A stretch of DNA of 64,000 nt, taken from assembly GCA_013239625.1 (NCBI GenBank), contig MU056050.1, forward strand, positions 4,535,366 to 4,599,365, read 5' to 3'. Below the pieces are notes generated by a model. It ran no database searches. It saw nothing but the letters and a program-made list of their open reading frames with translations, and was not told where the DNA came from. Positions 26,505-41,089 of the stretch are shown in pieces (position 1 is the first letter of the stretch; each line of letters starts with the position of its first letter). This stretch comes from Lama guanicoe (Eukaryota). Made by a program: the position numbers and the translations under genes.

Positions 26505-29500
26505 ATACCTATCAATAATCACTTTAAATGCCAATGGGCTAAATGCTCCAATCAAAATACATGGGTGGTGAACTGGGAAAAAAAAAAGACTCATTTATAT
26601 GCTGCCTACAAGGGACTCACTTCCATGCAAAAGACACACACAGACAGAAAGTGAAGGGATAGAGAAAGCTATCCCATGCTAACGGAAATGAAAGCTAAGG
26701 TAGCAATGCTTATATGAGACAAAGTAGACTTTAAAACAAAGTCTACAATAAAATACAAAGAAGGGCATTATATAATGATAAAGGGGTCAATCCAAGAAGA
26801 GGTTATAACATTGGTAAACATACATGCATCTAACAAGGTGGTAGCTAAATATATAAAACAAATATTAAAGACATGAAGGGAGAAATTGACAGTAATACAA
26901 TAATAGTAGGGGACTTTAACACCCCACTTACATCAATGGACAGATTCATCCAGACAGAAAATTAACAAGGGAACAGCTGACTTAAATGACACATTAGAAC
27001 AGTTGGATTTAATAAATATCTATAGGATGTTCCAGCCTAAAAGAACAGAATGCACATTCTTTTCAAAGGTACATGGAACGTTCTCCAGGCTAGATCTCAT
27101 GTCAGACCACAAAACAAGTCTCAACAAATTTAAGAAGCTAGAAATTATATCAAGCATCTATTCCCACCACAACAGTATAGCACTGGAAATTAATTATGGG
27201 GAGGAAAATGGGAAAACACAAACATGTGGAGACTAAGCAACATGCTACTTAAAAATCAATGGGTCAATGAAGAAATCAAAGAGGAAATCAGAAAATATCT
27301 CAAGACAAATGACAATAACAATAGAAACTTTGAAAACCTATGGGATGTAGCAAAATCAATTCTAAGAGGGAAGTTTATACTGATACAGGCCTACCTTAAG
27401 AAACAAGAAAAATCCCAAATGAACAACCTAACCTACCATGTAAAGGAATTGAAAAAGAAGAACAAACAAAACCCAAAGGCAGCAGAATGAAGGAAATAAT
27501 AAAGATCAGAGAAGAAATAAATAAAATAAAGATTTTAAAAAGAGAAAAAAGGTAAATGAAACCCAGAGCTGGTTTGTTGAAAAGATAAATGAAATTGATA
27601 AGCCTTCAGACAGGGTTATTAAGAAAAAAAGAGAGAGGATTCAAACAAAACAAAAAAATGAAAGAGGAGAAATTACAAATGATATCACAGAAATACAATT
27701 ATAAGAAAAGACTATATGAACAGTTTTATATCAAAAAATTGGACAACCTAGAAGAAATGGATAAATCCCTGAAAATCTATAATTTTCCCAGTTTGAATCA
27801 GGAAGAAATAGATAATCTGAACAGACCAATTACTACTACAGAAATTGAATTAGTAATCAAAAAACTCCCAACAAACAAGTCTAGGACTTTGTGGCTTCAC
27901 AGGGGAATTCCACCAAACATGTAAAAAAGATTCAATACCTATACTTCTCAAACTATTTCAAAAAAGTGAAGAGGATGTAGTATTCCCAAATTCATTGTAT
28001 AACACTACCATTACCCTGATACTAAAACCAGAGAAATACACTACAAAAAAAAGAAAATAAGAGGCCAATATCCTTTATGAATATTGATGCAAAAGCCATC
28101 AACAAAATCCTAACAAATCAAATTCAACAACATATAAAAGGAATAGTACAAAATGATCAAGTGAGACATATTCCAGGGGTACAAATATGCATCAATATCC
28201 ACAAATCAATGTTATAACCACATTAACAAAACAAAGGATAAAAATTACATGATCAGCTCAATAGATGCAGAAAAAGCATTTAACAAAATTCAACAGTCAT
28301 TCATGATAAGAACCCTCAACAAAATGAGTATAAAGGGAACATATCTCAAAATAATAAAGGCCATTTATGACAAACTTACAGCTAACATCATACTCAATGG
28401 TGAAAAACTGAAAGGTTTTATTCTCTAAAATCAGGAACAAGACAAAGATGCCCACTCTCATCATTTCTTTTTATCATAGGATTGGAAGTCCTAGCCACAG
28501 CAATCAGACAAGAAAAAAAAAAAATAAAGTCATCCAAATTAGAAGAGAAGAGGTAAAACGGTCACAATTTGCAGCTGATATGATACTACGTATAGAAAAC
28601 CCTAAAGTCTCCACCAAAAAAACTCTTAGAACTAATAAATGAATTCAATAAAGTTGTATGATAAAGATTAATATACAGAAACCTCTTGATTTTCTATACA
28701 CTAATAAAGAACTATAAGAAAAAGCAAGAAAACAATCACATTTACAATTACATAAAAAAGAATAAAACACTAGGAGTAAACGTAAGCAAGATGAAAGACC
28801 TATGCTCTGAAAACCATAAGACATTGATGAAAGAAATTGAAGATGATACAAATAAAAGGAAAGATACTTCGTGTTTATGGATTGGAAAAATTTATGTTGT
28901 TAAAGTGTCCATACTACCCAAGACAATCTACAGATTTAATGCAATCCCTGTCAAAATACTCATGACATTTTCCCAGAACTAGAATAAATAATCCTAAAAT
29001 TTACATGGAAGCAGAAAAGACCCCAAATAGCCAAAGAAATCTTGAGAATAAAGAACAAAGCTGGCAGTATCACACTCCCTGGCTTCAGACTACACTACAA
29101 AGCTACAGTAATCAAAACAGTATGATACTGGCACAAAAACAGACACATAGGTCAGGGGAACAGAACAGAGAGCCCAGAAATAAATGCATGCACATATGGT
29201 CAATTAACTTAGGACAAAGAAGCCAAGAATATACAATAAGGAAAGGATAGTCTCTTCAATAAACAATGTTGGGAAGATTGGACAGCCACAGCAAAAAATA
29301 AAACTGGACCTCTATCTTATATCATATACAAAAATTAAGTCAAAATGGATTAAAGACTTGAATGTAAGACCTGATACCATAAAATTCGTAGAAGAAAACC
29401 TAGGGAGTAAGCTTCTTGACATAGTCTTTGTGATAGATTTTTTTAATCTGACACCAAAAGCAGAAGCAACAAAAGAAAAAAATAGACAAGTGAGAATACA

Positions 29501-30020
29501 TCAAACTTAGATGCTTCAACAAAATAAGCAATCAACAAAACATCCAATTTAAAAATGAGCAAAAAACATGAATAGATATTTTTGCTAAAAAGAAATACAA
29601 ATTGCCGATAAGTACATGAAAAGATGCTATACATCACTAGTCATTAGGGAAATTCAAATCAAAACCACAATGAAGTCTCACCTTACACTTGTTAGAAGGC
29701 TATTATCAAAAAGACCAGAAATAACAAATGTTGGTGAGGATGTGGAGAAAAGGGAACCCTCATGCACTGTTGGTGGGAATATAAATTGGTGCAGCCACTA
29801 TAGAAAACAGTATGGAGGTTCCTCAAAAAATAAAAATAAAACTACTTTATGATCCAGCAATCCACTCCTGAGTATATATACAAAGAAAATGAAAACATTA
29901 ATTAGAAAAGATGTATGCACCCCAGTGTTCATAGTGGCATTTTATTTACAATAGCCAAGATACAGAATTAGCTTAAATGTCCAACAACAGATGAATGGAT
30001 AAAAAGATGTGAGATGTATC
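26505..30020 (+). pseudogene. L1 ORF2p remnant (endonuclease/reverse transcriptase)
   Basis: SIITLNANGLNAPIK (~26512), IIVGDFNTPLTSMDR (~26900), [12 protein letters not shown] (~28258), degenerate FADD as FAADMIL (~28568), [12 protein letters not shown] (~29765). ORF-track pieces 27003-29852 are fragments of it. Confidence 0.95.
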
Positions 30021-32699
30021 TATTTGTCCTCCATGGCTTTTCCCACATTTTCATAAATGTCCTTTAATTTCTTTCCTCCCCATGTAGAGTATTGATAGGA
30101 GAATTGAGAAATCAGAAGAGGAGGGAAAGTAGAGATAATTAGTCAGCATTATGGGGATAAGAACAATGTACCCTGGATAAATTAAATGCATTGGTATGAT
30201 ATGCATTTGCAAAAAGCACGTATTTTTCTGGGAATCTTTAAACAACCTGCATATGGAAAAGTCAGTGTCTGAGACTGCTATAGACATTTTAGGATGACTG
30301 TTGAAGGTAGCATGCACACAACCAGGTGAACAATCTGAACATGGGTTGATGAGGGCACAAAAAAAAATCTCATATGCAAATACTCATTTTAAAGCCACCT
30401 GAATTACCAACACACTTTGTCTTAAAAATGTGAAGCTATACATCCGATGAACACAACCAATAAAGTACTGAAATCCATTAGAAATTGCTTGTGAAACAGT
30501 CAGGCTTTAAGGAATTGGTTTTGATGATTTGAAAAGTAGACAAAAAGTGTGAAATTCATTTCCATTTGAATAGGGGTTTGTTTTCCTCACTCATTTGGAA
30601 TTAGAGCCAACAGTAATAAATGGCTTAGTATGACCCTAAAACTCTCTCTTTATTTAGGCTAGACTGATGGGCAAGTTATGAACAAATAGGTCATTTCCTA
30701 TAGAAGGGTTATGATACATGCACTTTCTATTGCCAGATTTGAAACTCCTTCTTATTTTAGTTGAACTGTAACCCTTGGCATACTAACTACATAAGTATAT
30801 CCTATGACTGTGTTAGTGACAGTGGTTAGTGAAAATACTTACTCACTGTAATAAATAACAACATGGGCAAAGCTTTCGCACTGCTTTGTTTGGTAAATGA
30901 TGCAAAGTTTGAAAAACATCTTTTATTCAGCTCTTCACATCAGAAGGGGCTATTTGCTGCCTTTGCTTTCCAACACTGGATATGAGGCAAAGAGGTTAAA
31001 AAAAAAAAAAAACAGCTTGCCAAAGGTCAAACAGAACATCAGGAGAAGTACTGGGAATAAAATTTCAGGCTTACTAATAATGAGGCACCTGGTTCCACTT
31101 CCTGACATTCTCACGCGTGTTACTCTGCCTTGTCTCCTACAGGATGCGCTACTATTTCCACTTCGTTTTGTACAACTGCTCATTACACTGAGCTAATATG
31201 AAGCAACACCAAACAGTGGCAGAAATGGCTCTATGTTAAAAAAAAATTGAATAAAATTGAGCTCAACTATGATTTAAACACACAGAAGAATGAGTCGAGC
31301 ACTACAATATATTTAACGCTTCCTCTCAAAGAGATAGACTAAAAGTTTACCTTGAAAAATCAAATCTCAGATTTCTCTTGAAAAATAACTTTTCGCATTT
31401 CTCATGACAAGTCACATCTTCTATTAGCACATGATCAACTTTGTTGCTAATTGGTTATAATAAGACAATAAAATTAGACAGTCAAACACAAAGGGTACTC
31501 ACAGAAACTTAGCTGAAATACCTCAACCTAAAATTTACAGTCCCATAATGTATTATTAATATAGTCATGAATAGAGATGTATGCAAAAAGACATTCATGT
31601 TTACATGATATGTACTGATCGAAAATAGACATCCTGTCAAAAACCCATCCACAGAAGCTTGCTTTAGAGAGATGGTTTTAATTATACTGCCATATCTCTA
31701 AATATATAACTCCTCTTCTTCTACTTAGAAGAATTTTGATGGAGAAAAACATTTGGGACAATCTGTATCAGCAGCTGGATATACTCGAAATGCATGCTGT
31801 CAGCAAGTGGGCAGTATTTTATAAAATTATCACTTTTCAAACTGTCTCTATATTGGGCTACTAACTTGATCTTTTTTTATTAAATTGTAAAATCAAGTTA
31901 CATAGTGGAGGGAAATATTCCTCCAACTGGTTTTACAGATGTTTTAATTTAAAATTTGGGGGGGTGAGATGTAAGAAATTGAACTGACTGGTCATTTCAA
32001 TACATTCAAATAATCTGTGTAGATGGTATGAATGTTAAGATAATATAGGATTAAACACTTACTGTCATTACAATAGTTCAAAATAGTGAGTGTTATAATT
32101 AGTTCTCTCTCTAAATTATTATGCACATTTCTAATATGTAGAATTAGACGCACTGGTAGGCTGAGCTTCTCAGTTTTGCATTCCTACTGCCTTTCTAATC
32201 TAGATGCCAACTTAGAGTTAGAAATCAGATCGATTCTAAGATGACGGTGTTGTGTTTTTCTAGCAAATTGTTTTTACCTACTTTGCCTAATCTTATTTTA
32301 AATACTCTAACTTTGAATAGCTCACTGAGCAGCACTTGTAGCTCTTACCTTGATATAACTGATTCCCTTCTTAATGAAATTTTATGACAGCTCAGATCTG
32401 AAAATCAATCTGTTGTTCCCTTGTTAGTCCCTTATAGGTCAAGTGCGTATTTCCTGGTAGACATCAAGTTGATGTCTATGTCTACAGGAAACTACTACAC
32501 TGGGTGATTAAGCCTACTCCATAAATTCAGAAAAAAATTTAAAGAAAATTATCCAATTTAATAATTTAGGACTAGAACAGCCAAAACTTAGTTTTTTGAA
32601 ATGGGTTTCATCAGATGTTTTGTAGATATATCATGCATGAAAGTGGAACATTACCACATTCATTTCACATTATTTGAATCAATGTAACATTCACCTTTT

Positions 32700-34145
32700 T
32701 AAAAAGACTATATTTTTAGAGAAGTTTTAGGTTTATAACAATATTGAGAGGAAGGTGGAGATTGCTCATATACCCCTTACCCCCATGCATGGATTGTTTC
32801 CTTCATTATCAATATCAGTCACCTATTTAGTACATTTTTTGTTAAGGATGACACATTTTAATCACCCAATGTCCATAGTTTACCATAAGATTCACTCTTA
32901 ATGTTGAGCATTCTGTTGGTTTGAACAAAAGTATAACAACATGTGCTTCATTATAATATTGTACAGAGTATTTTCACTGCCTTAAGAATTCTCTGTACTC
33001 CATCTACTCATCCCTAACAACTCCCTAACCCATGACAACAATGAATCTTTTTACTATCTCCATAGTTTTGCCTTTTCCAGAATGTAATATTGTTGGAATC
33101 ACACAGTATGTAGCCTTTTCAGACTGGCTTCTTTCACTTAGTAATACGCAATTATTTTAGGTTCCTCCAATATCTCCATGTCTTTTCATGGCTTGACAGT
33201 TCATTTTTTTTTAGAGCTGAATAAAATTCCGTTGTCTAGATGTAGTACAGTTTGTTTATCCATTCACCTACTGAAGGATATCTTGGTTGCTTCCAAGCTT
33301 TGGCAATCATGAAAAGCTGCTATAAACATCTACGTGCAGGTTTTTTGTGGACATAAGTTTTCAACTCCTTTGGGTGAATACAAAGGAGTGTGATTACTAG
33401 ATCCTATGGTAAGAGTATGTGTAGTTTTGTAAGAAACCACCAAACTGTCTTCCAAATTGGCTGTACTATTTTGTACTCCCAGGAGGAGTGTAGGAAAGTG
33501 CCTGTTTCTCCTCATCCTCACCAGCATTTGATGTTGTCAGTGTTCTGGACTTTGACCATTCTAATAAGTGTGCAGTGGTATCTCATTGTTGTTTTAATTT
33601 ACATTTCCCTAATAACATATGCTATAGAGCATCTTGTCATATGTTTATTAGCCATCTGTATATCTTCTTAAGTGAGATGCCTATTAAAGTCTTAAAATCA
33701 TTTTTCAATCAGATTGCTTGTTTTCTTATTGTTGAGTTTTAAGAATTTTTTGTATAGTGTGGATAGCGGTCCTTTATCAAATGTGTCTTTTGCAAATATC
33801 TTCTCCTAGTCTGTAGCTGGTCTCCTAATTCTCTTAATATTGTCTTTCAGAGAGGAGAAATTCTTAATTCATTCCTTTCACTGACCATGTCTTTTGTGTT
33901 ATATCTAAAAAGGCATCATCATACCTATGGTTGACTAGGTTTTCTCCTATGTTTTCTTCCAGGAGTTTTATAACTCTGTATTTTACACTTAGGCCTATGA
34001 TCCATGTTGAGTTAATCTTTGTGAAGGGTCTAAGGCCTGTATATATCTATCTATCTATCTATATAGAGAAAGAGTTTTTTTTTTTTTGCATATGTATGTC
34101 TACTTGGTCTTAGCACCATTTGTTGAGACTATCTTTGCTCCTTTG
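32700..34145 (-). mobile_element. L1MC-like 3' fragment
   Basis: Collinear with the 13218-14650 copy; ORF 33330(-) is ORF2 C-terminus-like. Confidence 0.9.
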
Positions 34146-35339
34146 TAACGTTCCCCATTTTGGGAAATTTAGATTTTGCTTCAGTGATGGCAGTAGAAAT
34201 TGCTACTCTAGTCTGTCACTTCAGATAATAACTGCATTTCTTTTTCTTTTTATTACAAATCAATAATGCAATTAACATAACAAGATCCCTAGAGCTATCT
34301 ATGTAATTATTGCTTTTATAAAGAAAAAATTGCCACATGAAAGATAAAATAACTTGAAACAAAATCATAAAACAAATTCCAGAAAACCAATCCCTGAAAA
34401 AACAAAATAGTGTACCTTTTATGCAGCTGGTTTGCTTTCAGATTTTGTAAGAATTAAAGATAGAGGAGCCCCAGTCAAATCAAGGAACTCACTCTATTCA
34501 CTGAAAGAATCAACACAATCCTGGTGGGGTTCCCAAAAGAAAACGTACTGTCCTTCAGGTATGTTAATGCTATTTTAGGCCATTAATTCCTTTATTTTGC
34601 TTCACTTGTGAAAAAAAAAACTTTAGTACATGAATAAGTAACTAAGAAGTCTGACCATGCATATATACCACTTACTATTATAAGCAAATTACACTTATAA
34701 CCAACTTAATCTGATGTATATTTAATGGCATTCATGAATTGTTTTCAGGATAAGTAGACATAAATTGTAAGTAGTTAGCATACATAATGCTAATTCATTA
34801 GGATTACGTTTACATAGCCACATCCTTCTCTCTCCCTTACACACACATCTCCACACACACGTTTCATGTATCACTTTTAGAGCTTCCATTTTTCCAACAA
34901 TTGTATCTGCACTTGAATTTCAGACTATGAATTAAAGATAATAAAGGGCAGTGGCAGGGATTCATAGTAAGACAGATCACATAATTAGATAACTGAGAGA
35001 TGTAAGCACCAGGAAGAGGAGTCAGGTAAATTTAGGTAGAGAGTTAGTGTTGAAAGGTCTTGGTCCATAGGTAGACACTGAGATATGGCAGCCAGAAGTG
35101 GGGCTCCAAGGTCTGAGTCTATAACAAAATCCATAATGAATGAATGGTAGCAACTGGAAGCGGACAGGGCGACAGGGGTAGTCTCAAGTTTGGAGAGGGG
35201 CTCTGGTCTTTGTCAGGTCAGAAAGGAACTCTGATTGCAACAGTTCAAGGGCTTCTGGTCCAGGTAATACTGGGATTACTACTTGAGAAGTAATACTTGA
35301 AGCCTCATTGGAACTTATGCCTCATACCAAAAAGAAGCC

Positions 35340-36040
35340 CGAGTGACTCTTCTAAACGTCAATCAGGGCATCTCTTGGTCCACGCATCCAGTGGTTTTCC
35401 ATCACATCTAGAATAAAACCTAAACTTTATCATAGCTTACAAGGCTTGGCTTGACTTGCCCCCCACCCACCCTGTCTTTTTTATATTCCTAGGAACATAC
35501 CAAACTCACCCTCATCTCTGGGATTTTGCTCTTCCTGTACTCTTTGCTTACAATCATGGCTCATTCTCTTCATTCATTAAGGCCTTTGCTCAAATGTCAC
35601 TTTCTCAGAGATGTACTTTCTGAGAAGCATATCTAAAACAGCAACCCACCCCTCTCAAACCTCTTCCCACTTTTAGTTTTTCTTTATATCTGAACTGTTG
35701 AATATATTTATTTATTTTATACCTCCTTCACTAGAATATCAGTTCCATGAAGGCAAAACTTTCTGTCTCTTGTGTCACTCTTGTATCATTAGCACCAGAG
35801 TTGGAATTACTGCTATGAAACTAACGAAACTTAAACCTCAGGGACTCTCATTTGCATAGTCCCCACTTAAGGCCCTGGATGTAATTTTGTACTTATATTT
35901 TTGCAGTCTTCTTTGCATAGTGTATCAAACCCATTCAAGCTTTCAGACCCCACTAAACCCGGGTGAACATCTAGTGCCTGATACTTCATAAGCCCTTAAT
36001 AAATATTTTTTTGAATGAAAGAATAAAAAAATGAATGAAT
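35340..36040 (+). mobile_element. L2 3' fragment interrupted by a hAT-like MITE (~35796-35972)
   Basis: ctcaaatgtcactttctcagag, ctagaatatcagttccatgaaggca, aataaatatttttgaatgaa terminus. Confidence 0.75.
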
Positions 36041-38626
36041 ACTTTAGATATCTTAGGGTAAACAGATTTTTTAGTGTTCTCCTTTAGAGTAAGTTGTGCT
36101 AGGGGCTGAACTTGGTTGAAAAGTAAAAGATGTTAGGCATCCATTGAGGATATGGGTACCAGGCTGTTCTGAAGAATATGGAAGAGGTACCAAAAGAGGA
36201 TACTGCAACGCTAAAGGTAAACTTTGCTTACATTCTAAATTTTCCTAGTGTGGGGATACCAAATTAGAGCAGAGATGCACATTATGATTTATTGCCCTAA
36301 TAAGCAGTGTTCCAATTATAATTTTGGTTCTTGTGACACAGCCTTCTTTCTCTTCTGTTTCCTCCGAGCCACCCTTTCTGGTCTATCCAGGGAGTATTCG
36401 GACTTTAAGGAAATCACTGAAGCATGATTGCTTCCTCATTACTGCATTGGGTTATATCTTCCTTTTTCCTACATTGTTTTTACAGTCCTCAAGGCTTTTA
36501 AGAAAGTTTATGGATTCAATCAAAATTGTGCCATAAAGTGGCATTTGCCCAGTGGAAAAATAGATGCATATTGAATGCATACCTTATAAGTGCAGTTAAA
36601 TATCTATAACCATAGATATTTAAATATATATAATACACACAAATATATTCTATATGATACATGTGAGAGAGAGAAAGAATTTAACCAGCAAACCTTAGGA
36701 TTCATTTTCACCTGTGAATTCTAACTCCTCCAGAAGATCATCGAGCTCTTCCTGAGTCATTAATAAGAAATTCATAAAAATGAGCCATTAATAAAAGAGC
36801 TTAGTTAAATAATACATTACACTTTAAATAATGGTCAAAACTAGTTACAATGAAAACTATCTATGAATTGATCACTCTCAATTTATAGAAGCCCATCTGC
36901 CCTGGTTTTTAATCTACTCAAATTGTTTTTTGGCCAGTAGCGCTGCCTGAGGCAAATTTATATCACCCTGACAAAAAGCAATAGAAAGTCTTGCTTCAGA
37001 GGTTCTCATGGCTTAAAGCTACAATACTTCTTCAGAAGCTCCAAGGTGTTATAATTAAAAATGTATCAATTGCTTAACTTGTCATCCAAAGGCAGTTGTT
37101 GTAAAGCATTATTTCCCCTCAAACAACTTGACTCACTGCTCATGTGCAATTGCATTTATGGAAAAAAATATAATTAAAGTGTAAATTTAACTTCTGAGAA
37201 GGAAACCTCATCAAAGCATCTTCAAAATCTTCTGGAATCTGTTCACACTCTGGGAAGCTGTACATACTAACTTTCTATTAACATTTATAGATAAACATGT
37301 TGCAAATACAATTAACATTGCAGATTTTTGATGGCGAGTTGAGAGGAAGGGTGAAAGGACTCTCTCCACAAATGCCACGTTGACTTGTGTAATAGAATGG
37401 CAATTGACATTGGAGTTAAAGATATCTCTTTTTAGTGATTTTCATTCTTAGTTTATCCTTCTCTTGCTCCCACTTTTTCCTCAAGAACTGCAGAACGCAA
37501 TTAGTAGCATAATGATTAGAGAAATAATTAGTCACTGCAAGCTCACATCACAATAATTTAGGACGATTTCAAGCTTTTACTACCATGTCAAATTAGCAAA
37601 TTCTCTCTGTTACAAAAAAAGTTGGTAAAGCAAAATTACCTTATCTTCCCCTGCCTGATTCCACCACCACACGCACCAAAAAGACGCATTGATGGGAAAG
37701 GGAACATTCTCTTATCTTGTATAAAAAAGAATAAAATCACGCCTCCATGAATTAAAATTCAAGAATCAGTTCTACTCTGTTGTGTTTGTGCGAACAAGCT
37801 GCTTTTCATGGAAAGCTTTTATTTTAATTAAATAACAGACTCAACCCACTGCAAATAATTGTGTTGTTAATCTCACTACATTACTTTGAACTGCAAGTGA
37901 GGAAAAACTGGTCAATGTTAATCAATTGCCTTGAAGGAACAGAGAGCTCTTTTGACAGAGTTGCATAATAGATGAGGCACAAAATGAGATAATTGGGAGA
38001 TATTTGTCCTAGAGGGTGCTAAGTTCGTAATTACATTTAAAAAGTTCTCTTATATCCTAATATTATCCTTCATAAAGACACACACTCTGTCTTTACTTGA
38101 CTGCATCAATACATATTTTTCCAAACCAATCATGTTCTGTTCATCTACAACCTAGCCCGAGATTGGAAAACTAACAAAAGAATGTAAGTCATGCCAACTA
38201 TTCGTATTTTCTTCTAATGTGAGTGCTATTATTGCGTGGTCATTCATAGATAGCTCCATGATCAGAGAAGTGAAGCTTTCCTTGAATACACTATCCTACA
38301 GGGACTCTGGACAAAATAAATATTTGAATGCTTTAATCCAAAATTTTAAATCTGCCTTGCTTCAAGATTATGTTTTATAAACTCCAAAATCTCCAAATGA
38401 AGGTTTATATATTAAAATGTTAGAAAATTCATAGGCAGGTAAAGAATTTTTCAGAGATGCTATATATCAAGTGTGGATATTTCAATATTTTGTTTCTTTC
38501 AAGAAAATCAAAGCATTTTGTTGGGAGCTCTTTGGAACATGTCATCTCGTCAGGGCATAATTCCTTAACGCAATAGAGAGTCACTTATATATTGCATTAT
38601 GATTTTTTTTTCACCATTTATAAAGC

Positions 38627-39061
38627 TGTTCTGTTGGTTCAATACTTCAGGAGCTCCCTGGGTGAACTCTGAAACTGGTCCCCATACACGGAGGTCCCCA
38701 TACAAAGAGTGACTGAAGAGAGAGGCAGCCCACCTCTGATTGGTGAGTGGCAGTTTTAGTAAGTGAGGGAACTTACACGTGGGGCTTATCTTGGGTGACT
38801 GCAAGATGGGTAGATCTCCGCACCAGCCCGCCAGAATTTTAAGGGTTTAAATAGAGGTCTTAATGGGGTTTAGGCACATATGTAGTCCAGATGGTCTCAA
38901 TAATATCTCACTCTTCTAGGCTGCGTCCTTGAAGTGACTCCCACTGAGGAAACTGGGCAGAGGCACTGTCCAAGGACGGGGGAGGGATGACGAATATCTG
39001 ATTGCCTGGGTCCAGACCACAGGTCAAATGGCAGCTGTGTCTCCGATGACCTCCTCCAGTA
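38627..39061 (-). mobile_element. ERVL-type solo LTR (MER54/MER73-like)
   Basis: GC-rich ~435-bp block; minus strand begins ggaggaggtcatcggaga...ttgacctgtggtctggaccc, resembling this LTR group from recall. Confidence 0.7.
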
Positions 39062-41089
39062 ACTTTCTTCTTTACCACAATCTTGTGAGGTAGAAAAAGC
39101 TGGTTTCATCATCTCCATTGCCAGTGTAGAGCTGAGAAAATTAGGGCTTAGTCAGTAGATACCAGAAAGAGAATTTGAATTCAGATCTTCCATCTCCAGG
39201 TCTAATGCTTATTTTCCTATACAATATTAAGAAATAATCATTTAAAGAGCCAAAGAAGAAGGTGGAGAAGGGTTAACACCATGAAACTGATGTCCGTTCT
39301 CTTTGGCAGGCCCGTCATGGGTCTATTTACTAGCCTTATTTATTTTACAAGCTTCACAGGGCTATGATACATGTCGTGATGCCCAGCTGAATGACTGGTC
39401 TTTATGGATTATGCAAAAAGACCATTTTAATGTAAATATTCATAATTTGTCTCTCTCTGCCACGGCATATCCTTTTGTTGGTCCATAAGCCCTTAACAAT
39501 TACTTTGAGAACGTTTTAACTGTGGCTGTAGAATTATTATTAGTTAAAAAAAAAAAGAAATATCCCAAGAATCAGTGCTTATACAGGAATGGGGACCCTC
39601 AGAAATTTCACAATACATCAATGTTGTGGACTTCTTTTCTGTTTCAAAGCTTAAGTGCCATTTAAATCTTACTATTTTCATGATAATTATGTAGGGAGTT
39701 TTTAAAATAAAAACAATGTATCCAGGCAGAGTGTCAGTATGCTTAGTTAATATTAGGTTTGAAAGGAAACACACAAAGTCCACTCCAACCCTCTCCTTTT
39801 TACAAACAAAGAAGATACGGTTCAGAGGTGCTATGACTTGCCCAAGTTCTCCCAGTTAGCAGTATAGTTGGAAATACAATTCTGCTTTCTTGTGTCCCAC
39901 TTAAATCTCTTTCCATCAAATCTCCTAAATCTCTCTTCACTCCACTGCAAAATGTAGGTTTGAATAAAATATATACTAATCAATTTTACTATTAGAGTAA
40001 CAGTAGTTGGATAAAAATCAGTACCCAAATAAAATGACTTTTTCATCTACTGTTTAATAATGTGAATTCTCACTGCCTTTCACTAGTAAAAGTAACATTA
40101 TTTTATTACAGATTACATTATTGTTTTCTAATTCTGTATCACTCTCAGGTTAATGTACTTGATGTAAAAGCCTCAGGGCTTTCAGAACATGTCAATATGG
40201 AGCTATTTCCCAATAATTACATGACTAAAAATCTTATGTACATATGACCTATAAGTTTATCATTTAAGATTATTACTTTTTTAAGATGAGATGTTCAGCA
40301 CTAAGTGAAGACCCCATCTTCTGAGTGGGTACAACATTTTTATGTTTTCTTGAACAGTCACACTGCATGATATGAATCAAAGGTAATTTAACTTACCTTT
40401 CATCACACAGAAGTATTTTATGTGATAAAACACAGCACAGCAAAAAGAACAAAAAATGATTGACGCTTCTACTTTGCATTTCATAGGCTACAAAACAGAG
40501 ACATCAGGGCTTCAGATGTTTCACATGAGATATGATGTCTAGACAATATCACAAATGTTCCCCAAGTTCTTTCTCCTATTCCCTTTTTATATGTATTTTT
40601 CTCATTGTAATCCAAGAGTTTTGCAACTAATCTCACTGCCTCTCATTTCTCTCCTTGTTCTGAATTCAGTTGTCAGGTTAATCGTCCAAAGTCCAGTTTT
40701 CAAGATACTACCTTTTATTTCTCCTCAATACCTAAATTCAAATTTCTCCATAATTCGTCCCTACTTGTCCTTCTCCAGTTTTTTCCTGCTTGAGCATCAT
40801 AAAGCCCAGTGCATTTCCAGCACTGTCCAGGGGAGGGTGTCCTTACCCACAAATAAGGAATACTGGCTTCCTGGCTATCCCTGAAGTGCTGGTGGGGACT
40901 TCAGGCTACCTCAGGTAGCACACACGAACCATTAAGAGCATTCAAAGAATACCTCTAGTTCTTCAACATTTTTAAGACAAATACAGGTCATTGGGTGATA
41001 CTCATAGTACTCACCTAGTGATCTCCCCGTCTTCTTCCTTGCATATAACACTCTCTCCCTAAACTATTTCTCTTCTTCATCTTCCTCAA

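Larger units (their letters stand above)
23886..30020 (+). mobile_element. Near-full-length decayed LINE-1 (5'UTR, ORF1, ORF2; 3' end missing)
   Basis: G-rich 5' end with YY1-like CAAGATGAC (~23918); GC-rich 5'UTR; A-rich ORF1-like region; ORF2 EN, RT and C-terminal motifs; many stops and frameshifts. Confidence 0.97.

Noticed and set aside
26505..30020. Functional reverse transcriptase or a novel RT system
   Set aside because: Ordinary L1 ORF2 with many frameshifts and stops and a mutated catalytic motif (FAADM).
30051..30065. 3' TSD of the long L1 (taaatgtcctt vs aaaatgccctc at ~23875)
   Set aside because: Only 8/11 in AT-rich DNA with no preceding poly(A); likely chance.
13218..34145. 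Segmental duplication between 13218-14650 and 32700-34145
   Set aside because: Both are L1MC-like copies with similar truncation points, but the flanks are unrelated and the divergence is family-level.
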